A DNA stretch of 64,000 nucleotides from an uncultured beta proteobacterium (GCA_903859155.1 CAIOLO010000019.1:74472-138471), one strand, 5' to 3'. Positions 27,023 to 37,280 are shown, numbered from the stretch's first letter. Translations and numbers: made by a program. The notes: generated from the sequence alone by a model not told the origin.

Positions 27023-28510
27023 CTAGATCAATCCGGCAAGCACTGTTTTCCATTTCTGCAGCGTTTTGTCCCGCAATTCGTTGCTCATCCTGGCCACCGG
27101 ATACCAATCCTCCTTCCAGGACAAATCCCTGCAGGCGTCGATGACCACCCGCGCCGAGGTGAGCATTTTCTTTTTTCCATCCTGCATTTTTTCGTCGGGA
27201 GGAATGGCCGGATTCACGCTGTTGGTGTGGCAGTGCGGGATGACATGCATCTGCCGGTCCAGGCGCGTGCGGGTCACCATCGCCCAGAGCACCTGGTCCA
27301 TGTTGGAGGGGTCGATGTCGTCGTCGACCACCACGGTGAAGGCGCCCATTTCGGCCGAATACTGCGAGGCGAGGATGCCCGCCTGCAGCGCGTGGCCGGA
27401 ATACAGTTGCTCCAGCGCAATCACATTGAACAGCCCGCCGCTGCCGCTGAAGTTCGACCACACGCCCTTGACGCCGGGCAGGCCGTATTCCTCCAGGCGG
27501 CGCCTGATGCCCACCGAATCGGCCATGGCCAGCATCAGGGTGAAGGTGTGCGGCGGCACCGAGGGCATGGAGCAGGTCAGTATCGGGTCGTTGCGATAAT
27601 GGATCGCCTTGACCCGGATGACCGGTTCGGGAACCGGTTTCAATCCGCGGTTGGCGTAGTAGCCGGACCACTCGCCGAACGGACCCTCGTCGGTTTCTTC
27701 GTTCGGATGGCATTCGCCCTCGATGACGATCTCCGCATGCGCGGGGAAGGGCAGGCCGCTGAAAGGCCCGTTGATCAGTTGCAGCGGCTCGCCGCTGATG
27801 CCGCCGGCCGCTTCGTATTCGGACATGCCCCAGGGCGTATCGGGCTGGCAGGCGAGCCACCACAGCACCGGATCCATGCCGATGACGATGGCAATGGGCA
27901 TCACCTGTCCCTTGGCAAAGTACTTGTTCGAGATGATGTTGCCGTGCTTGCCCGGCGTTGCGTGCAGCGCGAGCCGGTCTTTGCCCGCCACCATGACGCG
28001 GTAGGTGCCGACGTTGACCCAGCCGGTATCCGGGTCCTTCTGTATCACCGCATGCGCGGTGCCGATGTAGCGGCCGCCGTCCATCTCGTGAAAACGCGGC
28101 ACGGGAAATTTCAGCAGATCGATGTCGGCGCCGCTCACCGTGTTTTCCATGACCGGTCCGGTGGAAACAATTCGCGGTGCAAGCGGCCGGATCTCCTTCT
28201 GCCGGCGGTACCAGTTGTGATGCAGTTGCATCGGCGCGATCTCGTCTTCGGGCAGGCCGAGCGTTTTCGCCAGCCGCCAGGTCGAGGCGAGCATGCCGAA
28301 TGCCGTCCGGAAGCCGCGCGGAAAGCCGGGAATATCGTCGAACACCATCACCGGCTTCGGGTCCTTGGCCTCGCGATAGACCAGTTCCACGATGGCGCCC
28401 ATTTCCAGGTCCCAGTGAGCACCGCTCACGTGACGCAATTCGCCGTGGCTTTCCACCGCCGCCAGGTACTGTCGCAGGTCGAGAAAATTCGTCATTACTG
28501 TTTCATTCAT
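27023..28510 (-). CDS. UbiD-family (prFMN-dependent) decarboxylase, copy 4
   Basis: 495 aa. 'LRQYLAAVESHGEL', 'NVGTYRVMV' and 'EGPFGEWSGYY'. Confidence 0.85.
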   Translation of the reverse strand: MNETVMTNFLDLRQYLAAVESHGELRHVSGAHWDLEMGAIVELVYREAKDPKPVMVFDDIPGFPRGFRTAFGMLASTWRLAKTLGLPEDEIAPMQLHHNWYRRQKEIRPLAPRIVSTGPVMENTVSGADIDLLKFPVPRFHEMDGGRYIGTAHAVIQKDPDTGWVNVGTYRVMVAGKDRLALHATPGKHGNIISNKYFAKGQVMPIAIVIGMDPVLWWLACQPDTPWGMSEYEAAGGISGEPLQLINGPFSGLPFPAHAEIVIEGECHPNEETDEGPFGEWSGYYANRGLKPVPEPVIRVKAIHYRNDPILTCSMPSVPPHTFTLMLAMADSVGIRRRLEEYGLPGVKGVWSNFSGSGGLFNVIALEQLYSGHALQAGILASQYSAEMGAFTVVVDDDIDPSNMDQVLWAMVTRTRLDRQMHVIPHCHTNSVNPAIPPDEKMQDGKKKMLTSARVVIDACRDLSWKEDWYPVARMSNELRDKTLQKWKTVLAGLI

Positions 28511-28730
28511 GATTGTGTTGGCAGACCCGCAAAGTGGCGCACATGGACCGGCAACACATTGATCTACGTCAATCCGCTACGCTTATTTGAACGCCCGCCC
28601 GATGGGCCAGGCTGCGATCGATGCGCCTGACCGGAGCACCCCGTGTTTGTTATAGTTCGCGACCACGGCCCGCCGTCCGAATGACGTGTTTGCGTCCTTC
28701 CGCGAGACGCGGGTCAGCCAGGAAATCGAA

Positions 28731-29603
28731 ATGGAAAATCAGATCAGTTTTGAATCATCGGGAATCGCGCTGCGCGGCACGCTGCATGTGCCTGACGGGC
28801 CGGCGCTGTCGCGTCCGGGGTTGATTCTTTGTCACGGCTTTGGCGGCACCAGCAACGGCGCCGGCCATCCGGAGCTGGCGCGCCGGCTCGAGCAGGCCGG
28901 CTACGCGGTGCTGCGCTTCGATTTTCGCGGCTGCGGCGCCAGCGACGGCGAGCGCGGCCGGGTCATCTGCATGGAAGAGGTCGACGACGTGCGCACGGCG
29001 ATTGGCTTTCTGCAGGTGCAGGCGGGTATCGACCCGGCGAAGATCGGGCTGATAGGCGCGAGCCTGGGCGGTTCGGTGGTGTTGGTCGCGGCGGCGCAGG
29101 ACGAGCGCGTGCGCGTGTGCGCGGCCAATGGGTCCATCGGCAATGGCGAGCGGCGCTTCCGCTACCAGTACCGGGACGATGCGGACTGGAAAAAATTCCT
29201 CGGGCGGCTGGACCAAGCCAGACGCGTGCGGCGTGAAACCGGGCGCTCGGTGATGATCAACCGTTTCGAGATCGTGCAGATTCCACAGTACCTGCGCACC
29301 GGACTGCCGCCCGGGGCAAGCATGGATTTTCCGGCGGAGACCGCGATCAGCATGCTTGAATTTTCACCCGAGACCGTGGTGCGGCAGATCTCCCCGCGGC
29401 CGCTGCTGCTGGTGCATCCGCGCGGCGACGACGTGGTGCCGGCCTCGGAATCCGAACATCTGGCCGCGGCCGCGGGCGAACCTTGCGAATTGCACCTCAT
29501 TGACATCAACGATCATTTCGCGTCGGGGGATCCCGGGCTGCAAAAAATCACGCTCGACTGGCTCGCGCGCCACCTTCCCGCCCCGCTTGCCGCCGGAAAA
29601 TGA
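28731..29603 (+). CDS. Alpha/beta-fold hydrolase
   Basis: Start at 'MENQISFES'. 'LCHGFGG' oxyanion region and nucleophile elbow 'GASLGGS'. Confidence 0.7.
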   Translation: MENQISFESSGIALRGTLHVPDGPALSRPGLILCHGFGGTSNGAGHPELARRLEQAGYAVLRFDFRGCGASDGERGRVICMEEVDDVRTAIGFLQVQAGIDPAKIGLIGASLGGSVVLVAAAQDERVRVCAANGSIGNGERRFRYQYRDDADWKKFLGRLDQARRVRRETGRSVMINRFEIVQIPQYLRTGLPPGASMDFPAETAISMLEFSPETVVRQISPRPLLLVHPRGDDVVPASESEHLAAAAGEPCELHLIDINDHFASGDPGLQKITLDWLARHLPAPLAAGK

Positions 29604-29824
29604 AGCGGCGCAAAATCGCGTGAACTGCGGCGCCAGCTTGCTCTCGATGCGACATGTTTGACACAGGTCAATTGCCCAATTGCAGCGTCCTTTTACCCTG
29701 CCTTGTCCGCTGCCAGGACCCACGGGGCATTCCGGCCGCGAAGGCGAGGCGACCGAAGTCACGCCGCGGCGGGCTTCCCGGCAGTCAATTTTGTACGTGA
29801 ACATCCGATCTGGAAGGTGGTGAT

Positions 29825-30802
29825 ATGGATTTGATCAAGCAGGTGTGCACCGCGTTGGCTGCCGTGATGGCTTTTTTCATGGCCTCAGAACGTGTGGATG
29901 CACAGACCTGGCCGGTCAAACCGGTCACCGTGGTGGTTGCCACCACTCCAGGCTCGGGTCTGGACGTGATCACCCGATTCCTCAATGAGGGACTGCATGA
30001 GCGCCTGGGCCAGCCCTTCATCGTGGAGAACCGCGCGGGCGCCAACGGCGCCATTGGCGCGCAGGCGGTGGCGCGCGCCGCCCCCGACGGCTACACGCTG
30101 CTGGTGGGCACGGCTTCATCGCACGGCATCAACCCGTATTTCATCAAGGGCCTGGGCTACGATCCGGTGAAGGATTTCCAGCCGATCACGACGATTTTCG
30201 CCATCGGACTGGTGCTGGTGGTCAATCCGCAGACGACGCCGGTATCCACGCTGGCCGAACTGAGCGCCTACATGAAGGCGCGTCCGGGCAAGATCTCCTA
30301 TGCCAGCGGCAATGCATTCGGGCGCATCACGGCGGAGTGGTACAAGCAACGCGCGGATTTTGACGCATTGAATATTCCCTATCCGGGCGTGCCGCAGGCC
30401 CTCAACGACCTTCTGGGAGGCCGGGTGCACTTCCTGTTCGCCGATGCCACCGCCGGGCTGGCCGCCGCCGCCTCGGGGAAGGTGCGCGCCATCGCCGTCA
30501 CCAATCCGAAGCGTGTCGGCAGCGCGCCCACGGTGCCGACGATGGTGGAATCGGGCCTTGCCGAATTCGTCTCCTATTCCTGGGTCGGGCTTTTCTATCC
30601 GGCGAAGACCCCTATCGCCATCGCGCGGCGTTTGTCCGACGCCGCCAACGCGGTCATGACCAGTGAAAAGGGCAGCACCTACCTTGCCAAGATGGGCGCG
30701 GAGCCCTATCCGAGTTCGCCGGAAATGCTGGGCAGGTTTGTGGTGGAAGAACTCGATCGCTGGGGGAAGATCGCCGAGCGCGCCCGCATCCAGCCGGAAT
30801 GA
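29825..30802 (+). CDS. Bug/TctC-family substrate-binding protein (copy 6)
   Basis: 325 aa. 'WPVKPVTVVVATTPGSGLD'. Confidence 0.85.
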   Translation: MDLIKQVCTALAAVMAFFMASERVDAQTWPVKPVTVVVATTPGSGLDVITRFLNEGLHERLGQPFIVENRAGANGAIGAQAVARAAPDGYTLLVGTASSHGINPYFIKGLGYDPVKDFQPITTIFAIGLVLVVNPQTTPVSTLAELSAYMKARPGKISYASGNAFGRITAEWYKQRADFDALNIPYPGVPQALNDLLGGRVHFLFADATAGLAAAASGKVRAIAVTNPKRVGSAPTVPTMVESGLAEFVSYSWVGLFYPAKTPIAIARRLSDAANAVMTSEKGSTYLAKMGAEPYPSSPEMLGRFVVEELDRWGKIAERARIQPE

Positions 30803-30838
30803 CGCAGGTTCTGAAGTTCTTCGGCGTCTCCGGGCCTC

Positions 30839-32371
30839 ATGCTGACCGGTGAAATCCTTGCCGGCAACGCCCGGCGCTTTCCGCTGCGGACGGCCTGGTT
30901 CTTCCAGGGCGAATCCTGGACCTGGCGCCAGGTAAACGAGCGCGTCAACCGGCTCGCCAACGCGCTGCTCGCGTGCGGTCTCAAAGCGCAGGATCGCGTT
31001 GCATTTCTGGCGGAGAATTCGCACCGGCTCGCAGAAATCTATTTCGCCATCGCCAAGGCCGGCCTGATTGCGGTGCCGATCAATGCGCGTTCGGTGGCGC
31101 GTGAAATCGATTTTCTGCTCAAGGATGTGGAGGCGCGCGGCCTGCTCGTTTCAGCGGTGCTGGTCCCCCGGCTCAAGGGCATTGCGAGCGATCTTTCGCA
31201 GTATGCCGCGGTGATCGGAATGGGCGAAAATCATGGACTGTCATGCGACTACGAGACGCTGCTGGCCGGCGCCAGTGCCGCCGAGCCCGTTGCCGCGACA
31301 TCGGGCGATGCCATCCGCGCGATCAAATACACCAGCGGCACCACCGGGGCGCCCAAAGGCGTCATCAGCACCCATTACCAGTACCATCTGAGCACCCTCA
31401 ACTACCTTCTGCACAGCCCCTTCACCGAAGATGACCGCTGCCTGCTCGCGCTGCCGATGACTTCAGGCGTGGGCATACAGATGCTCACCGCGTATGCCTA
31501 CCGCACCTGCGTCACCACCATATTGTCGCGTTTCGACGCGGCCCAGGTGCTCGAAGCGATCGAACGCGAGAGGATTACCCGCCTGTATGTTGTGCCCACC
31601 ATGCTGGCCGCCATCACCGATGCGCAAAGCGCCGGGGCGCGCGACCTTTCGTCGCTGCGCATGATCGAATATGCCGGCGGGCCGGCGCCGCTCTCGCTGG
31701 TGCGCCGCGCCGCGGAAATGCTGCGCGCACCGCTCGCACAGACTTACGGATCGAGTGAGTCCGGCGGTCAACTGGCCTTTCTTCCTCCCCAGGACCACCA
31801 GCGGCTGCTTGCCGCCTCCGGCTCACGCCGCGCCAGCGAATCGCTTCCGTTCGGGCGCGAGATGCCCGGTTATCACATCCGCATCGTCGATGAACAGGGG
31901 CGCGATGTGGCAGAGGGCGAGAGCGGCGAGATGATCATCCGTTCGGAGTCGCTGATGTCCGGATACTGGAATCAGCCGGCCCAGACCGCCGATGCGATTC
32001 GCGACGGCTGGTTGTTTACCGGCGACCTGGTGAGCCGGGACGCCGAGGGCTGGCTCACGATTCTCGACCGCAAGCGCGATACCATCGCCTCGGGTGGATT
32101 CAAGGTCTACTCGGCGGAAGTCGAAGGCGTGCTTGGCGAGCACCCGGCGGTGCGCGAGGCCGCGGTCATCGGCGAAAAGGACGACTATTGGGGCGAGGTC
32201 ATCGTCGCATGCGTGGTGCTCCATGAGCACGCCGTCTGCGATGCGGAGGAACTGGCGCGGTTTTGCGAGCAGAATCTCTCCAGCTACAAGCGGCCGAAGC
32301 GCTATCGCTTCGTCGGCGACCTGCCCAAGACCAGCACCGGCAAGGTGCGCAAGGTGGAACTGAGGAGATGA
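30839..32371 (+). CDS. AMP-dependent acyl-CoA synthetase/ligase
   Basis: 510 aa. AMP-binding core 'YTSGTTGAPKG' and C-terminal 'GKVRK'. Confidence 0.85.
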   Translation: MLTGEILAGNARRFPLRTAWFFQGESWTWRQVNERVNRLANALLACGLKAQDRVAFLAENSHRLAEIYFAIAKAGLIAVPINARSVAREIDFLLKDVEARGLLVSAVLVPRLKGIASDLSQYAAVIGMGENHGLSCDYETLLAGASAAEPVAATSGDAIRAIKYTSGTTGAPKGVISTHYQYHLSTLNYLLHSPFTEDDRCLLALPMTSGVGIQMLTAYAYRTCVTTILSRFDAAQVLEAIERERITRLYVVPTMLAAITDAQSAGARDLSSLRMIEYAGGPAPLSLVRRAAEMLRAPLAQTYGSSESGGQLAFLPPQDHQRLLAASGSRRASESLPFGREMPGYHIRIVDEQGRDVAEGESGEMIIRSESLMSGYWNQPAQTADAIRDGWLFTGDLVSRDAEGWLTILDRKRDTIASGGFKVYSAEVEGVLGEHPAVREAAVIGEKDDYWGEVIVACVVLHEHAVCDAEELARFCEQNLSSYKRPKRYRFVGDLPKTSTGKVRKVELRR

Positions 32372-32444
32372 CGTTATGGAAACATTTATTAATTGCCTAG
32401 ACTGAGGTGATCCAAATTGTTTCCCCTGAATTGGGGGAGTTACG

Positions 32445-32465
32445 AGGGGGCGTAGCCCCCTTGTT
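32445..32465 (+). terminator. Candidate intrinsic terminator after the acyl-CoA ligase gene
   Basis: Stem AGGGGGC/GCCCCCT with loop GTA, followed by TGTT. Preceded by a second hairpin TCCCC-N6-GGGGA at 32422-32437. Confidence 0.5.
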
Positions 32466-32493
32466 CAGCAATAAAATGAGAGGAGCTTAACCC

Positions 32494-33378
32494 TTGGAAA
32501 GAAAAAGCAAGGTCAAATCGCTGCAGGAAGCATTTGCAGTGTTGAAGGACGGAATGTCCCTGTCGATGACCACGACCCACTACAACAGCACGCCTCTGGC
32601 GGCCATGCGCCAGATCGCCCGGCAAGGCGTCAAAAACCTGACCATCATGCCCACGCCGAGCGCGGGTATCGCCATCGATCTGTTGATCGCAGCCGGGTGT
32701 GTGGAGACTGTGTTCGCGTCCTACGTCGGCCTGGAGTTCCTCGGCCTTGCCCCCAATTTCCGTCGCGCGGTGCTGGAGAAGAAAGTCCGGTTGCGCGAAT
32801 CCGACGAGGCATCGCTGGTGATGGGTTACCGCGCCGGGGCCTCCGGGATTCCCTTCATGGCGATGCCCAAATACTACGAACTGACCGATCTGCCGCGCGC
32901 CAATCCGGAGAGTTTCAAGAAGATCATCGATCCTTACACGGGCGAGCCCTGTTATGCCGTGCCGGCATTGCAGCCTGACGTCGCGGTCATCCATGTGCAG
33001 GAGTGCGATCCCTATGGCAACGCGCGGCAGCTGGGCGGCAACCATATGGAAGGCATCATCGCCAAGGCGGCAAAGCACCTCATCATCACCACCGAGCAGG
33101 TGCGCCCGGTCGAGGAAACGCGCGCCCAGCCGACGCGCACCACCATCCCGGGCATCATAGTGAACTCGGTGGTGGAGCTGCCCTTTGGCGCCCATCCCGG
33201 CGCCTGCCCGGCGCGTTACAGCTATGACCGGGAGCATCTGGAAAAATATGCGGAGCTGGCCAGGGAGGGCCGCAGCGAAGAGTACTTGCGGGAGTTCGTC
33301 TTCGGCCCGAAGGACCATGGCGCCTATCTGGACATGATAGGTGCGGCCCGGTTGATGGCACTGCGCACAGAGTACTGA
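32494..33378 (+). CDS. Family-I CoA-transferase subunit A (glutaconate CoA-transferase GctA-like)
   Basis: 294 aa. TTG start 8 nt after GAGAGGAG. 'LKDGMSL......' N-terminus and the paired downstream B subunit fit the AtoD/GctA architecture. Confidence 0.7.
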   Translation: MERKSKVKSLQEAFAVLKDGMSLSMTTTHYNSTPLAAMRQIARQGVKNLTIMPTPSAGIAIDLLIAAGCVETVFASYVGLEFLGLAPNFRRAVLEKKVRLRESDEASLVMGYRAGASGIPFMAMPKYYELTDLPRANPESFKKIIDPYTGEPCYAVPALQPDVAVIHVQECDPYGNARQLGGNHMEGIIAKAAKHLIITTEQVRPVEETRAQPTRTTIPGIIVNSVVELPFGAHPGACPARYSYDREHLEKYAELAREGRSEEYLREFVFGPKDHGAYLDMIGAARLMALRTEY

Positions 33379-33390
33379 GGAGTGAAAACA

Positions 33391-34197
33391 ATGAATATGC
33401 AGCAAAAGAGCTCAGTGAGTAGCGATGACGTGGCGCCGGCGGAATTGATCGCCTGCGTGCTGGCGAGGCAACTCGAGGATGATGAAATCGCGGCGCTGGG
33501 CGCTGCATCGCAGCTGGCCATGGCGGCGGTGAAGCTGGCGCGCAGAATGCACGCGCCCAACCTGTCCTGGCTGTGCGGCGGTTCGGGCGCGATCAACTCG
33601 CAACTGCCGCTGCTGCTGGAGTCGGCGGCCGACCCGCGCAACCTGTTCGGCGCGGAGTACCGCTACAGCATGGAGGACGCCGTCGACCTGCAGATGCGCG
33701 GCCGGGTCGGCACCGTGTTCCTCGGCGGCATCCAGGTGGACAAGTTCGGCAACCTCAACATGGTTTGCGTGGGCGACTACGACAAGCCGAAGATGCGCGG
33801 CCCGGGCTCGGTGGGTCTGCCTTTCGCGGCCAGTTTTCGCCGCACCATCATTTATATCCAGCACCATGATCCGCGCGTGCTGGTCGACAAGGTCGATTTT
33901 GTCAGTGGGCCCGGCCATTCGCCTGAGCGCGCCAAATGGGCCGTTCCCACTTCACAAGGGCCTTTTCTGCTGGTGACGCCGCTCGCGGTGTTCGACTTCG
34001 ACACGCCGGACAAGCGCGCCAGGCTGGTGTCGGTGCATCCTGGCGTGAGCGTCGATGAGGTGCTCGCCAAGACCGGCTTCAAACCGGTGCTGGCGGACTC
34101 GGTCGCCGAAACGCAATCACCGGGCGCGGAGGAGTTGCGCATCCTGCGCGAGGAGATCGACATCAACGGCGTGCTGCGCCGGCTGATTCCGCATTGA
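33391..34197 (+). CDS. Family-I CoA-transferase subunit B (GctB-like)
   Basis: ORF from GTG 33382; ATG 33391 preferred. Size (~268 aa) and the adjacent A subunit fit; 'GGIQVDKFGNLN' is typical of beta subunits. Confidence 0.65.
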   Translation: MNMQQKSSVSSDDVAPAELIACVLARQLEDDEIAALGAASQLAMAAVKLARRMHAPNLSWLCGGSGAINSQLPLLLESAADPRNLFGAEYRYSMEDAVDLQMRGRVGTVFLGGIQVDKFGNLNMVCVGDYDKPKMRGPGSVGLPFAASFRRTIIYIQHHDPRVLVDKVDFVSGPGHSPERAKWAVPTSQGPFLLVTPLAVFDFDTPDKRARLVSVHPGVSVDEVLAKTGFKPVLADSVAETQSPGAEELRILREEIDINGVLRRLIPH

Positions 34198-34206
34198 GGC
34201 GAAGAC

Positions 34207-35379
34207 ATGATACGCAGCAGCGAGCGGATTTTGACCACGCACGCGGGTGCATTGCCGCGCAGCGAGGATCTGCGCCAGGGCGTGTTTGCCCGCGCCGCGG
34301 GCGAACCGCATGATCAGGCGGAACTCGCGCAGAAACTCAAGCGCGAAGTTGCCGCAGTGGTGCGCAAGCAGGCCGATTGCGGCGTGGACATCGTCAACGA
34401 CGGCGAGTTCGGCAAGACCACCTTCACCACCTATGTTCGGGAGCGTCTGAGCGGCTTCGAGGTGCGCCAGTTCAAGCCGGGTGATCCGCCGCCGCTGTTC
34501 ATCGCCAGCCGCGAATTGAAAAAATTTCCCGAATATTTCACCGGAGGCCGTGGCTTCAGCGCTTTCGCCGGCACCGGGACAGGCAAGCCGCGCATGATCT
34601 GCGTCGCGCCGCTGCAATACATCGGGCAGGCGGCGCTCGAGGAGGACCTCGCCAATTTCCGCGCCGCGCTGGATGGTGTCAGCGTACAGGGCGCGTTCCT
34701 GCCGGCGAACACTCCCGGGACCATCGAGCACTGGCTGCACAACGCCCATTATCCGGGCGAGGAGGCGTTTCTTCAGGCGATAGCCGAGGTGATGCGGGTG
34801 GAATACCGGGCCATTGTCGAGGCCGGCTTCACGCTGCAGATCGACGACCCGGACCTGCCTGATGCCTGGCAGATGTACCCCGATATGAGCCTCGCCGACT
34901 ATCGCCGTTATGCCACGCTCAGGGTGGAGGCGCTGAATTACGCCTTGCAGGATATCCCGCGGGAGAAGATCCGGTTGCACGTGTGCTGGGGCAGCTTCCA
35001 CGGGCCGCACCAGTTCGACATTCCGCTCAAGGACATCGTCGACATCGTCTTTCGCGTGCGCGCGGGCAGCTACTCGATCGAGGCTTCCAATCCCTGCCAC
35101 GAGCACGAATGGCAGGTATTCGAGACGGCAAAGATCCCCGAGGGCGCCGTGCTGATTCCCGGTGTCATCGGGCACTGCAGCGATTTCATCGAGCATCCTG
35201 AACTGGTGGCACAGCGCCTGGTGCGCTACGCCAATCTGGTGGGCCGCGAAAACGTGGTGGCGGGCACCGATTGCGGCCTGGGGCCGCGGGTCGGGCACGC
35301 GAATATCGCCTGGGCCAAGCTCGAGGCGATGGCCGAAGGGGCGCGCATCGCCACCCGGCAGTTGTGGGGTGGGCGTTGA
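34207..35379 (+). CDS. Cobalamin-independent methionine synthase C-terminal-domain (MetE-like, Meth_synt_2 / URO-D fold) Zn protein
   Basis: 390 aa. Candidate Zn ligands 'HVCWG' (His-x-Cys), 'IEASNP' Glu and 'GTDCGLGPR' Cys, in MetE-like order. Confidence 0.65.
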   Translation: MIRSSERILTTHAGALPRSEDLRQGVFARAAGEPHDQAELAQKLKREVAAVVRKQADCGVDIVNDGEFGKTTFTTYVRERLSGFEVRQFKPGDPPPLFIASRELKKFPEYFTGGRGFSAFAGTGTGKPRMICVAPLQYIGQAALEEDLANFRAALDGVSVQGAFLPANTPGTIEHWLHNAHYPGEEAFLQAIAEVMRVEYRAIVEAGFTLQIDDPDLPDAWQMYPDMSLADYRRYATLRVEALNYALQDIPREKIRLHVCWGSFHGPHQFDIPLKDIVDIVFRVRAGSYSIEASNPCHEHEWQVFETAKIPEGAVLIPGVIGHCSDFIEHPELVAQRLVRYANLVGRENVVAGTDCGLGPRVGHANIAWAKLEAMAEGARIATRQLWGGR

Positions 35380-35407
35380 AGATAAGTCGTTCAATGGAGG
35401 AGGCGAA

Positions 35408-36376
35408 ATGAATACGATCCTGAAACTTGTTGCGGCAGGCGTGATGCTCTCTGCGGCTTGCGCGTTTGCGCAGGAATGGCCCGCAGCCAGGCCGATCCGG
35501 TTCCTCAATCCGAATGCCGCCGGCGGTCTGGGCGAGTTGGTTACCCGTTTCATTGCGCCTGTTGTGGAGCCGCGGCTGGGCCAGCGGCTGATCGTCGAGA
35601 GCAAACCGGGAGCAGACGGCGCCATCGGCGCGACGGAAATCGCCCGCGCCGCCCCCGACGGCTATAACTTTCTGATTGCGCCCACCAACGTCTACGTCGT
35701 CATACCCCACATCCGCAAGAGCGTCCCTTACGAACCTATCGACGGCTTTGCTCATGTCAGCATGATCGTCGACGCGCCGCTGATCGCGGTTGTCAACAAT
35801 GCGCTGCCGGTGAAAACACTCAGGGAACTGGCCGCCTACATCCGTGCCAATCCGGGCAAGCTCAATGTCGGTTCGCCGGGCGCGGGATCGCCGGCCCATA
35901 TCCTCGGTGAGTTCTTCGGCAAGATGAACGGCGGCATGACGCATGTGCCGTATAAGGGAGCGCAACCGGTCGGGCTTGCACTCCAGACCAACGAGGTGCA
36001 GGTGTTGTTCCCGACCGTTGCCGCCATCCAGGCGCAGTTAAAGGGCACCAGCGTTCGCGTGATCGGCTCCCTCACTCGAGCGCGCATGCCCGAGTTTCCC
36101 GAGGCGCCTACCGCCGTGGAATCCGGGTTTTCAGAGCTTGGAGAAGCCGGTAACTGGTGGGGTCTCTCGGCGCCCAAGGGAACCGATGCGCGCATCATCG
36201 ATCGCATGGCCATGGAAATCCGCAATGCCCTTGCGGACCCCTCGGTCAAAAAACGCTTCGCCGACGTGGGCATGGTGACCATCGGTTCCACTCCCGCAGA
36301 ATTCGCTCAATTCATCCGTTCCGAGTCGGCACGCTGGAAGGGCATTGTCGAACGCACCGGCATCACGCCCGATTGA
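35408..36376 (+). CDS. Bug/TctC-family substrate-binding protein (copy 7)
   Basis: True start 'MNTILKLVAAG' after a GGAGGAGG RBS. 'WPAARPIRFLNPNAAGG'. Confidence 0.8.
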   Translation: MNTILKLVAAGVMLSAACAFAQEWPAARPIRFLNPNAAGGLGELVTRFIAPVVEPRLGQRLIVESKPGADGAIGATEIARAAPDGYNFLIAPTNVYVVIPHIRKSVPYEPIDGFAHVSMIVDAPLIAVVNNALPVKTLRELAAYIRANPGKLNVGSPGAGSPAHILGEFFGKMNGGMTHVPYKGAQPVGLALQTNEVQVLFPTVAAIQAQLKGTSVRVIGSLTRARMPEFPEAPTAVESGFSELGEAGNWWGLSAPKGTDARIIDRMAMEIRNALADPSVKKRFADVGMVTIGSTPAEFAQFIRSESARWKGIVERTGITPD

Positions 36377-36467
36377 AATCTTTACCGGAAAGTGTCGCGG
36401 GCCAGTTGCGTCGGGCGTGGCAACTACGGCGACGATCACAGTAGCCATTACAGCGGCGATTACAGCA

Positions 36468-37280
36468 ATGAATACAACGCCGAATCCCGGCAAGGTCGTG
36501 CTGATTACCGGCGCTTCAAAAGGGTTGGGGCGAGTCATGGCCCTGGGGCTTGCCGCAGCCGGCGCCAATGTCGCTATAACCGCCAGGCCCGGCAGCGAGG
36601 CCGCACTTGCTGGCGTCGTCGATGCCGCAGTTGCGGCAGGATCGGGGGGGCGCGTGGCGGCATTTATCGGGGATATCACCGACCCTGCGGCATGCGCGTC
36701 CATCGTCGCTAAAACCCTGGAGCGATTCGGTGCTCTGCATGTTTTGTTCAACAACGCCGCGCTGGGCATGGGTGAAGTCGGCCCGCATGTCTCGAAAAAC
36801 ATTCCCTTCTACGAGGTTCCTGTCGACACCTGGCACAGGATTGTCGACACCAATGTCAACGGAACCTTTCACATGGCGTTGGCCGTAGTGCCGCTGCTGC
36901 TCAAGCAGAAGTGGGGTCGCATCATCAATCTGTCGACGGGCATGCGCACCATGGTGCACTCCGGGTTTTCTCCCTACGGGCCGTCCAAGGCCGCCGTGGA
37001 GTCGATGACCGCAATCTGGGCGCAGGATCTTGCCGGCAGCGGCGTCAGCGTCAACGCGCTGCTGCCGGGTTGGGCATCGGATACCGGCATGGTTCTGCCA
37101 GAGGATTATCCGGATCGCTCCCGCCTGGTGCCGCCAGCGGCGATGGTGCCGCCGGCCGTGTGGCTCGCATCCGGGGATTCGGATGGCGTGACCGGGATGC
37201 GCATCCTTGCCAGGGACTGGAATGCAGCGCTGCCGCCGGCAGAGGCGTACCGGGGAGCTTCTGCCAAGGCGGCGTGGTGA
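36468..37280 (+). CDS. Short-chain dehydrogenase/reductase (SDR)
   Basis: Start at 'MNTTPNPGKVVLITGASKGLG' (TGxxxGxG). Catalytic 'YGPSK'. Confidence 0.8.
   Translation: MNTTPNPGKVVLITGASKGLGRVMALGLAAAGANVAITARPGSEAALAGVVDAAVAAGSGGRVAAFIGDITDPAACASIVAKTLERFGALHVLFNNAALGMGEVGPHVSKNIPFYEVPVDTWHRIVDTNVNGTFHMALAVVPLLLKQKWGRIINLSTGMRTMVHSGFSPYGPSKAAVESMTAIWAQDLAGSGVSVNALLPGWASDTGMVLPEDYPDRSRLVPPAAMVPPAVWLASGDSDGVTGMRILARDWNAALPPAEAYRGASAKAAW

Noticed and set aside
36377-36467. Short repeated ATTACAGC(G/A) units and a Thr/Ala/Ile-rich reading frame upstream of the SDR gene, which could be a leader peptide or a repeat element.
   Set aside because: Only two imperfect copies are present. The region belongs to a spurious 5' extension of the SDR ORF, and no RBS or start context supports a peptide.
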